Source: a virus
DNA: 64,000 nt
Reading direction: 5' to 3' (one strand)
IMG/VR virus record: IMGVR_UViG_3300045988_101835
Shown: piece by piece, positions 17,349-25,719 of the stretch
How the letters are laid out: each line of letters opens with the position of its first letter
Position numbering within the stretch: the stretch's first letter is position 1
Notes under the pieces: model-generated
What the model was told of the DNA's origin: nothing
Databases searched by the model: none
Seen by the model: only the letters and a program-made list of their open reading frames with translations
Position numbers and translations under genes: made by a program

Positions 17349-17714
17349 ATGGCAGATGCTAAATTACTGAGGATGGATCGTGCACGGTTCACCTCTCCGG
17401 TTGCACAGTTGGACGCTGTTAAGTTCAACATTCAGGTTCTGGCTGCAAAGGCAGGTCTGGAGTTTGAAGACCCCATGACGGCTGTTTCGTTCAAGGGTTC
17501 GGTTGGTGCTTACGCTCCGGCTTACACTATCACTATCAACAGCAATACTTACAATCCGGATGCTAACGGCGTTGCGGTTGCTGTGTTGCCGTCGGGTGAG
17601 TCTGTTTCGTTCACGGCTAAGGCTGAGGGTTATGTAGACATTACGGGTTCGATTACTCCTGAGGGTATCAACCAGATTGTTTACCTGACTTGGGCTGCTG
17701 CTCCTAAAGCGTAA
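17349..17714 (+). CDS. short paralogue of the Ig-like repeat protein (same N-terminal module)
   Basis: RARFTSPVAQLDAVKFNIQVLAAKAGLEFEDPMTAVSF aligns with REFNTSPVAELDVLSHNISVIASELGVEYATPVSTVSF of the preceding gene. Confidence 0.5.
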   Translation: MADAKLLRMDRARFTSPVAQLDAVKFNIQVLAAKAGLEFEDPMTAVSFKGSVGAYAPAYTITINSNTYNPDANGVAVAVLPSGESVSFTAKAEGYVDITGSITPEGINQIVYLTWAAAPKA

Positions 17715-17725
17715 CGGGCACTAAG

Positions 17726-17745
17726 CAATTATATATCCCATAAAT
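17726..17745 (+). promoter_or_regulatory. late-promoter motif copy 4
   Basis: CAATTATATATCCCATAAAT, 7 nt upstream of ATG 17752. Confidence 0.6.
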
Positions 17746-17751
17746 TCGGAG

Positions 17752-18459
17752 ATGATGTTTAACAAGGTCTTTGCAACATACAAGAGTCAGTTTAAGGTTG
17801 TAGACTCTACGGAGGCGGCAGATGGTACCCGGATTCCTATTATTCGTGGTGCTGCGTCGCATACGGATGTTCAGAGCCAGAAGGGCTACCGTTATCGCTC
17901 TGGTTTCTGGGATAAGGTGATTAATGATCCTGCGCTTCAGCAGCGCATTGAGGAGCGGGATATGCTTGGCATGATCGAGCATCCTACGGATGACTCGGAT
18001 TACATGCGGACGCCTTTGGATAAGGCATCGCATGTTGTGATGCGTGCATGGGTTGATGAGTCTTCGCATGACCCGTGGATTGATTGTGGGTTGCTTAACA
18101 ATCCGGATGGTAACGCTATTAAGGCTTTGGTTGATGTAGGTTTTCGTCCGGGTTGCAGCACTCGCGGTCTTGGTGACTATTTGATGGATTCGATTTCCGA
18201 GTATCTGGACCCTGATACTTTCACGGTTATTACTTGGGACTTGGTCAAGTCGCCGAATTTCGGAGACATTAGGTTGGAACGCGTATCGGATTCCTTGCTG
18301 GCTTCGCCGATTTTCAAGGAGGCTGTGCAGATGTATCAGTTACGAGACTCTGTAGACGATGCTTATAATCCCGACCGTTTGTTATTGGAGACGCGCCGCG
18401 CCATTTCCGCGCTTCAGGATTTATGTTCTGCTCTTGAGCGCAGTTGTCAGCGGTCTTAG
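17752..18459 (+). CDS. prohead maturation protease (T4 gp21-like)
   Basis: 235 aa, immediately upstream of the capsid gene. GMIEHP (His motif) and GCSTRGLG (Ser motif) resemble the ELGHP / SSRG motifs of gp21-type proteases as I remember them. Confidence 0.5.
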   Translation: MMFNKVFATYKSQFKVVDSTEAADGTRIPIIRGAASHTDVQSQKGYRYRSGFWDKVINDPALQQRIEERDMLGMIEHPTDDSDYMRTPLDKASHVVMRAWVDESSHDPWIDCGLLNNPDGNAIKALVDVGFRPGCSTRGLGDYLMDSISEYLDPDTFTVITWDLVKSPNFGDIRLERVSDSLLASPIFKEAVQMYQLRDSVDDAYNPDRLLLETRRAISALQDLCSALERSCQRS

Positions 18460-18505
18460 TTTCCAGTAGGTTTTGATTATTTCATTTTAAGTTATTAAAA
18501 GTTTT

Positions 18506-20002
18506 ATGACTGATTATTTATCTTTGGACGCACGCCGCGTTACTGATAGTATCGCCGCTGCTCGTGCCGACAAGCGCACTGCAAAAGCCATGCTGAAGTC
18601 GGAGAAGCTTGGCAATCTGACTACGCTTAAGGAGCGTGGTATTCAGGCTGGTATTCTGAACAACTTCAGCCGTGCCATTCAGGATTCTATTGATGCTCCC
18701 GCTACTCGCGGTCAGCAGGTTAACATGATGTCGGACTTCGGACCTTACATTCCGGAGGTCTTCCCCATCGTTGCCGCTTGGTATCCCGACTTCCCGCTGA
18801 AGGACCTGATCTCGGTTCAGGACATGAATCAGGATTTGGCTTACCTGTTCTTCTCGAAGCTGGTTACTGGCACCAACAAGGCTCCCACGATTACGGGTCA
18901 GGTTGTTGAGACCGCTACGGGTATGCGTCAGATCAACGGCTACTATCCTACGGGTGAGATCATGGGTGAGACCATTCCGGAGGAGCAGCTTGAGTACGAC
19001 GCCACCACGAACGAGCTTGTAGCCATGACGGCTTACTACGCTCTGAACACCAGTGGTGATTATCTGGAGAAGTTCCTCATCAATGTTTACAAGGGCAACG
19101 CTATCGTTGCTACCCTGATTGCTACGACCGTTCAGAACGGCAAGGTTATGCTGGTCAACAGTGCTAACCCCGGTGTTTCGAATGGCTCGTACATGGTCGT
19201 TGAGTCGGGTGCCATCATGCTGGCTTCTGCTGACATCGACAACATTAAGGCTACGACAGGTGTTTGTCTGAACGTGAACTACGTTTGGAACCTCGACTAC
19301 GCTATTCAGGAGAACATTCCGAAGGTTAAGGAGCAGGTTGAGCGTGTTGAGATGCGCGCTATTCCCCGTGCTATCGGCATGGAGTGGACGATCTTCGCCG
19401 AGGCTCTGAAGAAGTCGCAGTTCAACACCGACATTCGCGTTGAGAACACCAAGCGCGTCCTTGATCTTCTGTACCAGTATCAGGTTCGTTACATCCTCGA
19501 TACCATGTGGACCTACGCTGCAGGTGCTCCCGGTACCATTACTCTCAACATGTCCAACAACTTCTCGCTGGACGTACAGGCCGCTGACCTCATGCGTCAG
19601 CTCAAGCAGTACGCTACGCAGATCGAGATCGCTACGGGCCGTATCGAGGGTAACCGTCTTGTCGTCGGCAAGAACCTGAAGTCGTTCCTCGAGTCGCTGC
19701 CCACCACGTGGTTCAAGCCTGTTGCTACACCGAGCGGCTTCTCGTCGCCCCGCGAGATCGGTACCTTTGGGACTTTCAAAGTGTACTACGATCCCTACCG
19801 CGCCGACAACGAGGCCTTCATGACCTACCGGGGGGATCAGTGGTTTGATGCTGCATTTTATTGCGGGATTTACTTACCTATCGTTCCGACGGATACTGTG
19901 GCACTTGGGGTTACGGTCCGTCAGTCTATGGTCAGCATGGAAGCGTATTTGTTCCATAAGAAGACGGCGGTGGTTCGCCTTACGGTTAACTACGGGGCCT
20001 AG
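18506..20002 (+). CDS. major capsid protein
   Basis: 498 aa, in the position after the protease. Its codon usage is distinct (C-ending, highly-expressed type) and it is followed by a strong terminator. Confidence 0.6.
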   Translation: MTDYLSLDARRVTDSIAAARADKRTAKAMLKSEKLGNLTTLKERGIQAGILNNFSRAIQDSIDAPATRGQQVNMMSDFGPYIPEVFPIVAAWYPDFPLKDLISVQDMNQDLAYLFFSKLVTGTNKAPTITGQVVETATGMRQINGYYPTGEIMGETIPEEQLEYDATTNELVAMTAYYALNTSGDYLEKFLINVYKGNAIVATLIATTVQNGKVMLVNSANPGVSNGSYMVVESGAIMLASADIDNIKATTGVCLNVNYVWNLDYAIQENIPKVKEQVERVEMRAIPRAIGMEWTIFAEALKKSQFNTDIRVENTKRVLDLLYQYQVRYILDTMWTYAAGAPGTITLNMSNNFSLDVQAADLMRQLKQYATQIEIATGRIEGNRLVVGKNLKSFLESLPTTWFKPVATPSGFSSPREIGTFGTFKVYYDPYRADNEAFMTYRGDQWFDAAFYCGIYLPIVPTDTVALGVTVRQSMVSMEAYLFHKKTAVVRLTVNYGA

Positions 20003-20025
20003 TCATTTTGACGGTGTGTTTTTCG

Positions 20026-20060
20026 ATCCGGGTGGTTTTTCCGCCCGGATTTTTGTTTTT
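20026..20060 (+). terminator. rho-independent terminator after the capsid gene
   Basis: A 10-bp stem ATCCGGGTGG/CCGCCCGGAT with loop TTTTT, followed by TTTTGTTTTT. Confidence 0.8.
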
Positions 20061-20083
20061 GTCAATATTCTTACGTATATTTG
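20052..20083 (+). promoter_or_regulatory. Bacteroidota-type promoter of the homing-endonuclease gene
   Basis: TTTG (20052-55), 20-nt spacer, TATATTTG (20076-83). Confidence 0.5.
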
Positions 20084-20198
20084 CAGTGTTAGTATAGCTT
20101 CTCTCGACTTTATGCTATACGTTTATAGGTTTGGAATCCTCCGTTGGGGTCACGAAGTCGAGAGCGTGGTTCTGGCGGGGGATTTTCCTTTTTGAGTT

Positions 20199-21239
20199 AT
20201 GTTTTCGGGGATTATTTATTTACGTATTAGTCCTAGTAATAAAGGGTATGTTGGTCAGACTATTGACGAGGCGGGCCGCGATTGGGAGTTTGGTAATTTA
20301 AATAAGCGTTATGGTGGTGCAGCCATCGAGGCCGCACGCCGTAAGTATCCTCCTTCGTTGTGGCGTAAATTCACTATATGTACGGTTAACGCTCGTAATC
20401 GGGACGAGCTTCGAGTTTGGCTTGATGCTCTGGAGGTATATTACATTTGGGCTTTCCAGACTGCCGATAAACGGTATGGTTACAATGCGAAGCTAGGAGG
20501 TAATAGTCGTGGTGGGTATCGTCATTCGGAGGAGACACTACGCAAGATAGGTGCTGGTAATAAGGGGAAAGTTGTTTCTCCGGAGGCACGCGCTATAATT
20601 GCGTCTAAGCTGCGAGGACGTAAGCGTCCTTTGTCTGCTTGTGTAAAGACTTCGTTGGCTATGCGAGGTCATGTGTGGTCTCCGGAGACTTGTGCCAAAC
20701 GTTCGGCAGCTTTACGGGGTCGTAAGCTACCTCCTAATAGCGCTGTATTTTCGGAGGAGTATCGTCAGCGTCATCGTGAGTTGTCTGCTGGTCGTCTTCA
20801 TAGTCAGGCTGCTAAGAATAAGGTTTCTATTTCTAAGGGTTATCGTCCCGTTCTGGTTTATGATCGCGCTTCGGGTTCTTTTCTTGGTGAGTTTCAGACG
20901 CGCGTAGAGGCTGCTGCTCTTGGAGGTATACTTCCACATCAGATAGCACAGTCTTTTTCTGCACATCCGGGCGCGTTGTGGGTGTGCATTAAGAGTCATG
21001 TGTATGCATCGTCTGATCCTTCGTTGTCACGTGTTTCTCTTTGTGACAATGGGTATACTCCGGTTCTTCCTCCGTCGCAGCGTTCTATTAGCTGTGTCTC
21101 TTTACGCGGCAAGGACTTGGGTTGTGATAGCTTGTCAGGCTGGGAGTCTCGTCTAGGCATACGTCGTAATAATATTCTCCGTGTTTGCAATGGTGATCGA
21201 AATGTTGCTGGCGGCTACGTTTTCCGCTATGTAGGCTAG
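20199..21239 (+). CDS. GIY-YIG homing endonuclease with NUMOD3-like repeats (free-standing)
   Basis: GIIYLRISPSNKGYVGQT provides the GIY...YIG motif. Repeated (H/S)SEET-x-KI/LS-x-x-x-KG motifs follow. It is a paralogue of 28731..29738. Confidence 0.8.
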   Translation: MFSGIIYLRISPSNKGYVGQTIDEAGRDWEFGNLNKRYGGAAIEAARRKYPPSLWRKFTICTVNARNRDELRVWLDALEVYYIWAFQTADKRYGYNAKLGGNSRGGYRHSEETLRKIGAGNKGKVVSPEARAIIASKLRGRKRPLSACVKTSLAMRGHVWSPETCAKRSAALRGRKLPPNSAVFSEEYRQRHRELSAGRLHSQAAKNKVSISKGYRPVLVYDRASGSFLGEFQTRVEAAALGGILPHQIAQSFSAHPGALWVCIKSHVYASSDPSLSRVSLCDNGYTPVLPPSQRSISCVSLRGKDLGCDSLSGWESRLGIRRNNILRVCNGDRNVAGGYVFRYVG

Positions 21240-21275
21240 TGGTTACGTTTATGTTTTAAACTTTTCGATTTACTT

Positions 21276-21712
21276 ATGATACCTATTAGATTGTGTGACT
21301 ATAGATTCCGTGGCAGGGTTCTTGGCTCGAAGGATTGGGTGTACGGCGACCTGCAGATTGGGGATGACGATCATATTCCAATGATTGGCGTTGTCGGTCC
21401 GGGGCGTTATGTAGAGTATGTGCAGGTAGATGCTTCTACAATCGGGATGTCTATTGGGATTAGAGATAAGAATGCCAATGACATTTATGAGGGTGACATT
21501 TTTAAAGATGATGTTCTGCGGTATGTCCGAACCGTCTTCCGAGTTCCCGGGGCTTTGCTTTCGAGTCTAACCCTATATCGTTTGGGTACGATCATACCGA
21601 GCAGCTTTATCCGTATTCTCCTATTGCAGAGATGCAGATCGCTTCGTGGCTGTCTCAGTGCTGTGAGGTGATTGGCAATATTCATGATAATCTTGAATTG
21701 TTAAAACAATGA
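21276..21712 (+). pseudogene. YopX-family gene requiring a -1 frame change
   Basis: Frame A gives WVYGDL...DASTIGMSIGIRDKNANDIYEGDIF. The frame shifts at CCCGGGG (about 21546-21552). Frame B continues GFAFESNPISFGYDH...CCEVIGNIHDNLELLKQ*, the hallmark YopX C-terminus. Confidence 0.6.
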
Positions 21713-21885
21713 CTAAAGCATCGTTTGACACAGTAGCAGGTCTGCTGTTAGCAGTTGTGGGACTATCTTCTGTGGTTCCGTCCTATGAAGCAGGCGCTTG
21801 GGTTAAGTTGGTGCTTTATGTTGTTTTGACATGCTTAGGGATTTGGATGTTCTCCGACGGTTATACTAATCTTCCTAAAAAATAA
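21709..21885 (+). CDS. small membrane protein (58 aa, below the ORF-track cutoff)
   Basis: MTKASFDTVAGLLLAVVGLSSVVP...LVLYVVLTCLGIWMF has two hydrophobic segments. Its start overlaps the preceding stop (ATGA). Confidence 0.35.
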   Translation: MTKASFDTVAGLLLAVVGLSSVVPSYEAGAWVKLVLYVVLTCLGIWMFSDGYTNLPKK

Positions 21886-21990
21886 GGCAATGACACCGCA
21901 AGAGCTTTATGACTTGGCAGTCGAGAAAGGGAGGGGGCTGAGGACTACGATTTAATGCTCTACCAAGATGAATTGCGTGTATGAGATGTT

Positions 21991-22557
21991 GTGACTTGTG
22001 CGGATGTATCAGTTGATGAATTAGTTCAAACAGTATACTTAAAAATTAAACAGATGAAACGTGAATTAACGCTCACTGACATTGCTGGGTACCTACCGTA
22101 TGGTTTAAAAGTTCAAGAGGCGTATCAGGATATTTGGACAATACGCCAGCTTGGCAATATAGACCCTTGTAGGGACGGTGATGTTGGTTTGGTGTCCAGT
22201 GCCGGGAATTATGAGCAATACACCTATATCGACGATATAAGGCCCATCCTTCGTCCGATGTCCGATCTTGCCGGATCGATTACCCACAAAGGCAAAACAT
22301 TCATTCCGATTGAGTGTATTGCCGAAATGACCCGCGAGGATGGCAATGATTCGAATTGGACGTATGATTTAATAAATTGGTTTGGTAAATATGACCCTAT
22401 ATGGAGTACTTCCGAGTTATTGATGTCACTGCCTGAATGGCTTATAATACCTGTCATTGATAAGCTTTGTGAGTGGATGTTTGACTATCGTGGTTTAATC
22501 TACGAGGGGCTGGCCGTCAGCGTCCGAGACTTACAACAGAATCCTTACGAGAAGTGA
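21991..22557 (+). CDS. hypothetical protein (neutral-composition island gene)
   Basis: 188-aa ORF with a GTG start. It is preceded in-frame by a short frameshifted ORF (21890-21984). Confidence 0.4.
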   Translation: MTCADVSVDELVQTVYLKIKQMKRELTLTDIAGYLPYGLKVQEAYQDIWTIRQLGNIDPCRDGDVGLVSSAGNYEQYTYIDDIRPILRPMSDLAGSITHKGKTFIPIECIAEMTREDGNDSNWTYDLINWFGKYDPIWSTSELLMSLPEWLIIPVIDKLCEWMFDYRGLIYEGLAVSVRDLQQNPYEK

Positions 22558-22901
22558 AAACAATTCGAGCGTACGGGCATGGTTTCCTTCTTCGTCGAGG
22601 GTTACTGAGTATAGGCCGCAACTATAAGACTGGTAACTGGGCGATAGAGCTTCGATGGTCTTGGGGTTATATTCGGGCATGGTCACTCCGGTTGTATCTG
22701 GGTTGCGCTAAGCCGAGCCACGAGCGCATTAGGTTCTGCCATGTTATTTCTCCGCTGTTTATGGTGTTGCACTGGCTTGTTGCTATTCCAGTCTATCTTA
22801 TTGCTTATGGTGTTTTGTTCGCAGGCTTAGGGATTCTAGTGGGGATGGGCAGGCTGCTTTTATGGCTGGGTGATAGGCTCGATAGGCTTGGTAGGTTGTG
22901 A
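22554..22901 (+). CDS. hypothetical membrane protein
   Basis: 115 aa with a hydrophobic C-terminal half (LFMVLHWLVAIPVYLIAYGVLFAGLGILVGMG). GTG start. Confidence 0.35.
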   Translation: MKTIRAYGHGFLLRRGLLSIGRNYKTGNWAIELRWSWGYIRAWSLRLYLGCAKPSHERIRFCHVISPLFMVLHWLVAIPVYLIAYGVLFAGLGILVGMGRLLLWLGDRLDRLGRL

Positions 22902-22961
22902 ATATTGATGTAATCTGTTTCCCGGCGGTAGCTAGAGTTAGGCAACTTTAACAATCATATT

Positions 22962-23300
22962 ATGGAAATTTCGAAGGAGGAATTTGATTCTGTTATTGAT
23001 AGAATTCTGAGTTGTCATGTGGGAGTTTGCTCTTGTGAGAGTGGCACAGTTCCGGACGGTGCTCTGTATTCCGGGCATCGGAAGGTAGTTTTCACCTTCA
23101 CTCCGAGTTCTGTTGATGCAGCAGTTCCCACGACGGCTGTCATTCTGGTTTACGCTGCTCCATCGGAGGGCATGGTGTTTGTGACGGTTGAGGAGGTTGG
23201 GCCTTCTGCTATTTGGTCTACGACGCTGTCAGCGTCCGATGCTGAAGTTTTATGCCGCCGTCTTCTGGATCGTGCTCCCCATTCGGGTTCGATTCGGTAG
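22962..23300 (+). CDS. hypothetical protein, tandem paralogue A
   Basis: MEISKEEFDSVIDRILS... aligns with MKISKEQLISVVDKLVS... of the next gene. Confidence 0.4.
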   Translation: MEISKEEFDSVIDRILSCHVGVCSCESGTVPDGALYSGHRKVVFTFTPSSVDAAVPTTAVILVYAAPSEGMVFVTVEEVGPSAIWSTTLSASDAEVLCRRLLDRAPHSGSIR

Positions 23301-23342
23301 ACGTGATATGCTTTCTTTCGTTCGATTTTTAACACTCTTGTC

Positions 23343-23696
23343 ATGAAGATTTCTAAGGAGCAGCTTATTAGTGTTGTTGATAAGCTTGTTAGTCTTCCTT
23401 TTGACTCTTATTCTTTTACACACGAAAAAGTTCCCGTAGATTCGTTGCATTCTGGTCTGACGAAGTCTGTAGTCAAGATTTGCCCTCATTCAGGTCACGG
23501 GTCTTTGCCTTCGTATCATGTGAGCCTTTATGGGAATGGTTCGTCATCGACAGTTACTGTTGAGGTGTTTAATCCTTCTGCTACATGGTTTTTGAATGAT
23601 ATGTTGAATATAGACGCTATTACGATCTTTAAACCACTATTGGTCCGTCTTGAGGAGTATGAGTCTTTTTGTTTGGCTCGGTTTCTGTCGGAGTAA
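23343..23696 (+). CDS. hypothetical protein, tandem paralogue B
   Basis: See 22962..23300. The shared ...VTVEEVGPSAIW / VTVEVFNPSATW segment supports paralogy. Confidence 0.4.
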   Translation: MKISKEQLISVVDKLVSLPFDSYSFTHEKVPVDSLHSGLTKSVVKICPHSGHGSLPSYHVSLYGNGSSSTVTVEVFNPSATWFLNDMLNIDAITIFKPLLVRLEEYESFCLARFLSE

Positions 23697-23817
23697 CGTT
23701 TCCGTCCTTATAAGGAGCGAGGGAAAATCCATTTGGATTTTTTAACGCATTGGTTAGAGTTACACGGCCTCCTGTGCTGAGTAGACCGTATGTTTAGTAT
23801 CTTAAGTGGTTTTAGTT

Positions 23818-24234
23818 ATGTGTACTGTTGTATTTTCCTCGTGGGCTTCCGTTATTGGGCTTTTCTTAGTCGTGCTGTGTCCTTTGTTGGTTTTATTCTT
23901 GTGTTTCAAGGATTTTAGTTTGTGTAAGTTTTTCGGGTCCATCCGCTTTCTCATGCGCTTGCGTCGCGGGGTGGTTATCTATCAGTACGTGCATAGTGCG
24001 TCCGATCCTGATCCCTTTAATGCTGTGGTTCGGTATGCTGTGGTTCGAGATGTTAAGCGTAATTGTGAGGGCCTTACTTGGGTTTCGTATTGTATGTGTG
24101 ATGATATAGTTCATTATAGCGACTTTGTATCTTCTGATTTTCATCCGATGTTTACTAAGAACGATATGCGCACTTCTGCCGCTCATTCTTTGATTTATTC
24201 ATCGTGGAGGATTTCCGATAAGTGCTTTGAGTAG
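23818..24234 (+). CDS. hypothetical membrane protein
   Basis: N-terminal TM segments (CTVVFSSWASVIGLFLVVLCPLLVLFLCF). First ATG at 23818. Confidence 0.35.
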   Translation: MCTVVFSSWASVIGLFLVVLCPLLVLFLCFKDFSLCKFFGSIRFLMRLRRGVVIYQYVHSASDPDPFNAVVRYAVVRDVKRNCEGLTWVSYCMCDDIVHYSDFVSSDFHPMFTKNDMRTSAAHSLIYSSWRISDKCFE

Positions 24235-24235
24235 T

Positions 24236-24556
24236 ATGCGATCTGGTCTTTATATTCTATGGTTTGTTTTTCTGATTGCTGTGGCTGCGGCGTTTTATCG
24301 GTATTATTGCTATCGTTGTTATTGCCAACGCCTTGTTCCCGGGACCGTTCTCCTTCATCCGGTAGATGAGCCGTTTGGTTCTCAGATGTTCTATAAGATC
24401 GTAGATCGTACTGTGTTTAGACGGACGTTGTATCTCAAGATAGTCTTAGTGGATGATAGTGGTAATCCTACGTTGTCGTCTCCGCGGATTAAGTCGGCAT
24501 ATGAGCTTTATGCATTAGGTTATAAAGTTATCAATCACCATTCAGGTATTATATGA
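24236..24556 (+). CDS. hypothetical membrane-anchored protein
   Basis: MRSGLYILWFVFLIAVAAAFYRYY... forms a single N-terminal TM segment. Confidence 0.35.
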   Translation: MRSGLYILWFVFLIAVAAAFYRYYCYRCYCQRLVPGTVLLHPVDEPFGSQMFYKIVDRTVFRRTLYLKIVLVDDSGNPTLSSPRIKSAYELYALGYKVINHHSGII

Positions 24557-24666
24557 AGTTTGATTTAGCTGATATTCTATTTTCCATTAACAAGCATGAT
24601 CTGGCTTGTTACTATGCGGTATCCTATGCTAAGACTATGCCGTTGAGTTGGGGTGTCCATCGGTGA

Positions 24667-25209
24667 GTGTCCGTAGCCTTGTCTACCCTTGCTTGTGATT
24701 TATCGCTTTCTGCACGTGATGTTTTGCATCCTGTTCGCATGTCACGTTTTAGGTCGTGGCTGTTCAAGTATTTTGCGCGTTTTGGTATTGTCTCTACGGA
24801 TTGTCGTGTTGGTGACGACTGCTTTATAGATTACTTAGCTTATTACTATTCTGAATGGTTACGCAAGAGTTTTGTTGATTACTGGCGTACACATAGGATT
24901 GCAGATACACTTTTGGTAATAGATGAGGCTTCTTCGCTTTATAAGCAGTATATTGCGCAAGGAGATTTAACGGGGTTGTGCGATGTATTCCATGCTGCTT
25001 TTGTCAATCTCGGTTATGACTTTTCATGTATTTCGGTTAATGGCCACTATTTATCATTTCGCTGTACTATCTCAGATTTAATCCCTGAGTTTAAAGAGTA
25101 CTATTCTAGTGTCGCGGTTCCTTTGTTCTGGCGGTCACTTAGTGATACTGATCTTCGGTTATATTATTTGCAGGAGTTGCATTCTCTTTATGCTTCTAAG
25201 TTGATGTAG
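24667..25209 (+). CDS. hypothetical protein
   Basis: 180-aa ORF with a GTG start. It is contiguous in-frame, across one TGA, with a 37-codon ORF at 24553-24666. Confidence 0.4.
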   Translation: MSVALSTLACDLSLSARDVLHPVRMSRFRSWLFKYFARFGIVSTDCRVGDDCFIDYLAYYYSEWLRKSFVDYWRTHRIADTLLVIDEASSLYKQYIAQGDLTGLCDVFHAAFVNLGYDFSCISVNGHYLSFRCTISDLIPEFKEYYSSVAVPLFWRSLSDTDLRLYYLQELHSLYASKLM

Positions 25210-25211
25210 TT

Positions 25212-25526
25212 ATGGGATTCCGTCTTGGTCGCCATCGGAGGGTTAAGCGTGGTGATAGGGTTTATGTATACTGGGCTGGTCGAGGTTATGATGCAGAGGT
25301 TGTTGGCTTCCGCAGTTGTAGCTTCGTCGTTCGCTTTCTAGATAATGGCAATCAGGTTGAGTTACCTCCGTATAATCACGGACTGTTCTATGGCTTTTGT
25401 TATGAGGCGGGTATTGCCTTTTTCTATATGTCTCACCCGTCCCATTTGCGTTGGGTTTTGCTGTGTGAGAAGCTTCGGTTGAAGCTACCTCATAAGATTT
25501 GCCGCTTTTTGCGGTTGATGGACTAA
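25212..25526 (+). CDS. hypothetical protein
   Basis: 104-aa ORF. No motif recognised. Confidence 0.4.
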   Translation: MGFRLGRHRRVKRGDRVYVYWAGRGYDAEVVGFRSCSFVVRFLDNGNQVELPPYNHGLFYGFCYEAGIAFFYMSHPSHLRWVLLCEKLRLKLPHKICRFLRLMD

Positions 25527-25551
25527 CACACAATTCAAAATTTGGTACCTT

Positions 25552-25707
25552 ATGGTCGTTCTGGATGTCTTTGAGTTTCTCATTGGGGTTGTTCTATATC
25601 TTCTAGGGTTTTGGCTTGCCTGTGCGGTTCTTTTTGCGGTCTTGGGTTACCTTTATTGGTTTGTGGGCCTCCTAGTGCGCGCGTGCAATTATATATCCCA
25701 CAAATAA
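25552..25707 (+). CDS. small hydrophobic protein (51 aa, below the track cutoff)
   Basis: MVVLDVFEFLIGVVLYLLGFWLACAVLFAVLGYLYWFVGLLVRACNYISHK*. Its 3' end reads through late-promoter copy 5. Confidence 0.3.
   Translation: MVVLDVFEFLIGVVLYLLGFWLACAVLFAVLGYLYWFVGLLVRACNYISHK
25686..25705 (+). promoter_or_regulatory. late-promoter motif copy 5
   Basis: CAATTATATATCCCACAAAT, 15 nt upstream of ATG 25720. Confidence 0.6.
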
Positions 25708-25719
25708 AATTTGGTGGTT

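Noticed and set aside
21982-21984. Genome-wide stop-codon reassignment (TGA or TAG recoding), as seen in some large gut phages.
   Set aside because: Standard code gives full-length, motif-intact ORFs for terL, capsid, sheath, TMP and others. TGA terminates terL and at least nine other genes, and TAG is the commonest stop. No suppressor tRNA (CUA/UCA/UUA anticodon) is found in a canonical fold.
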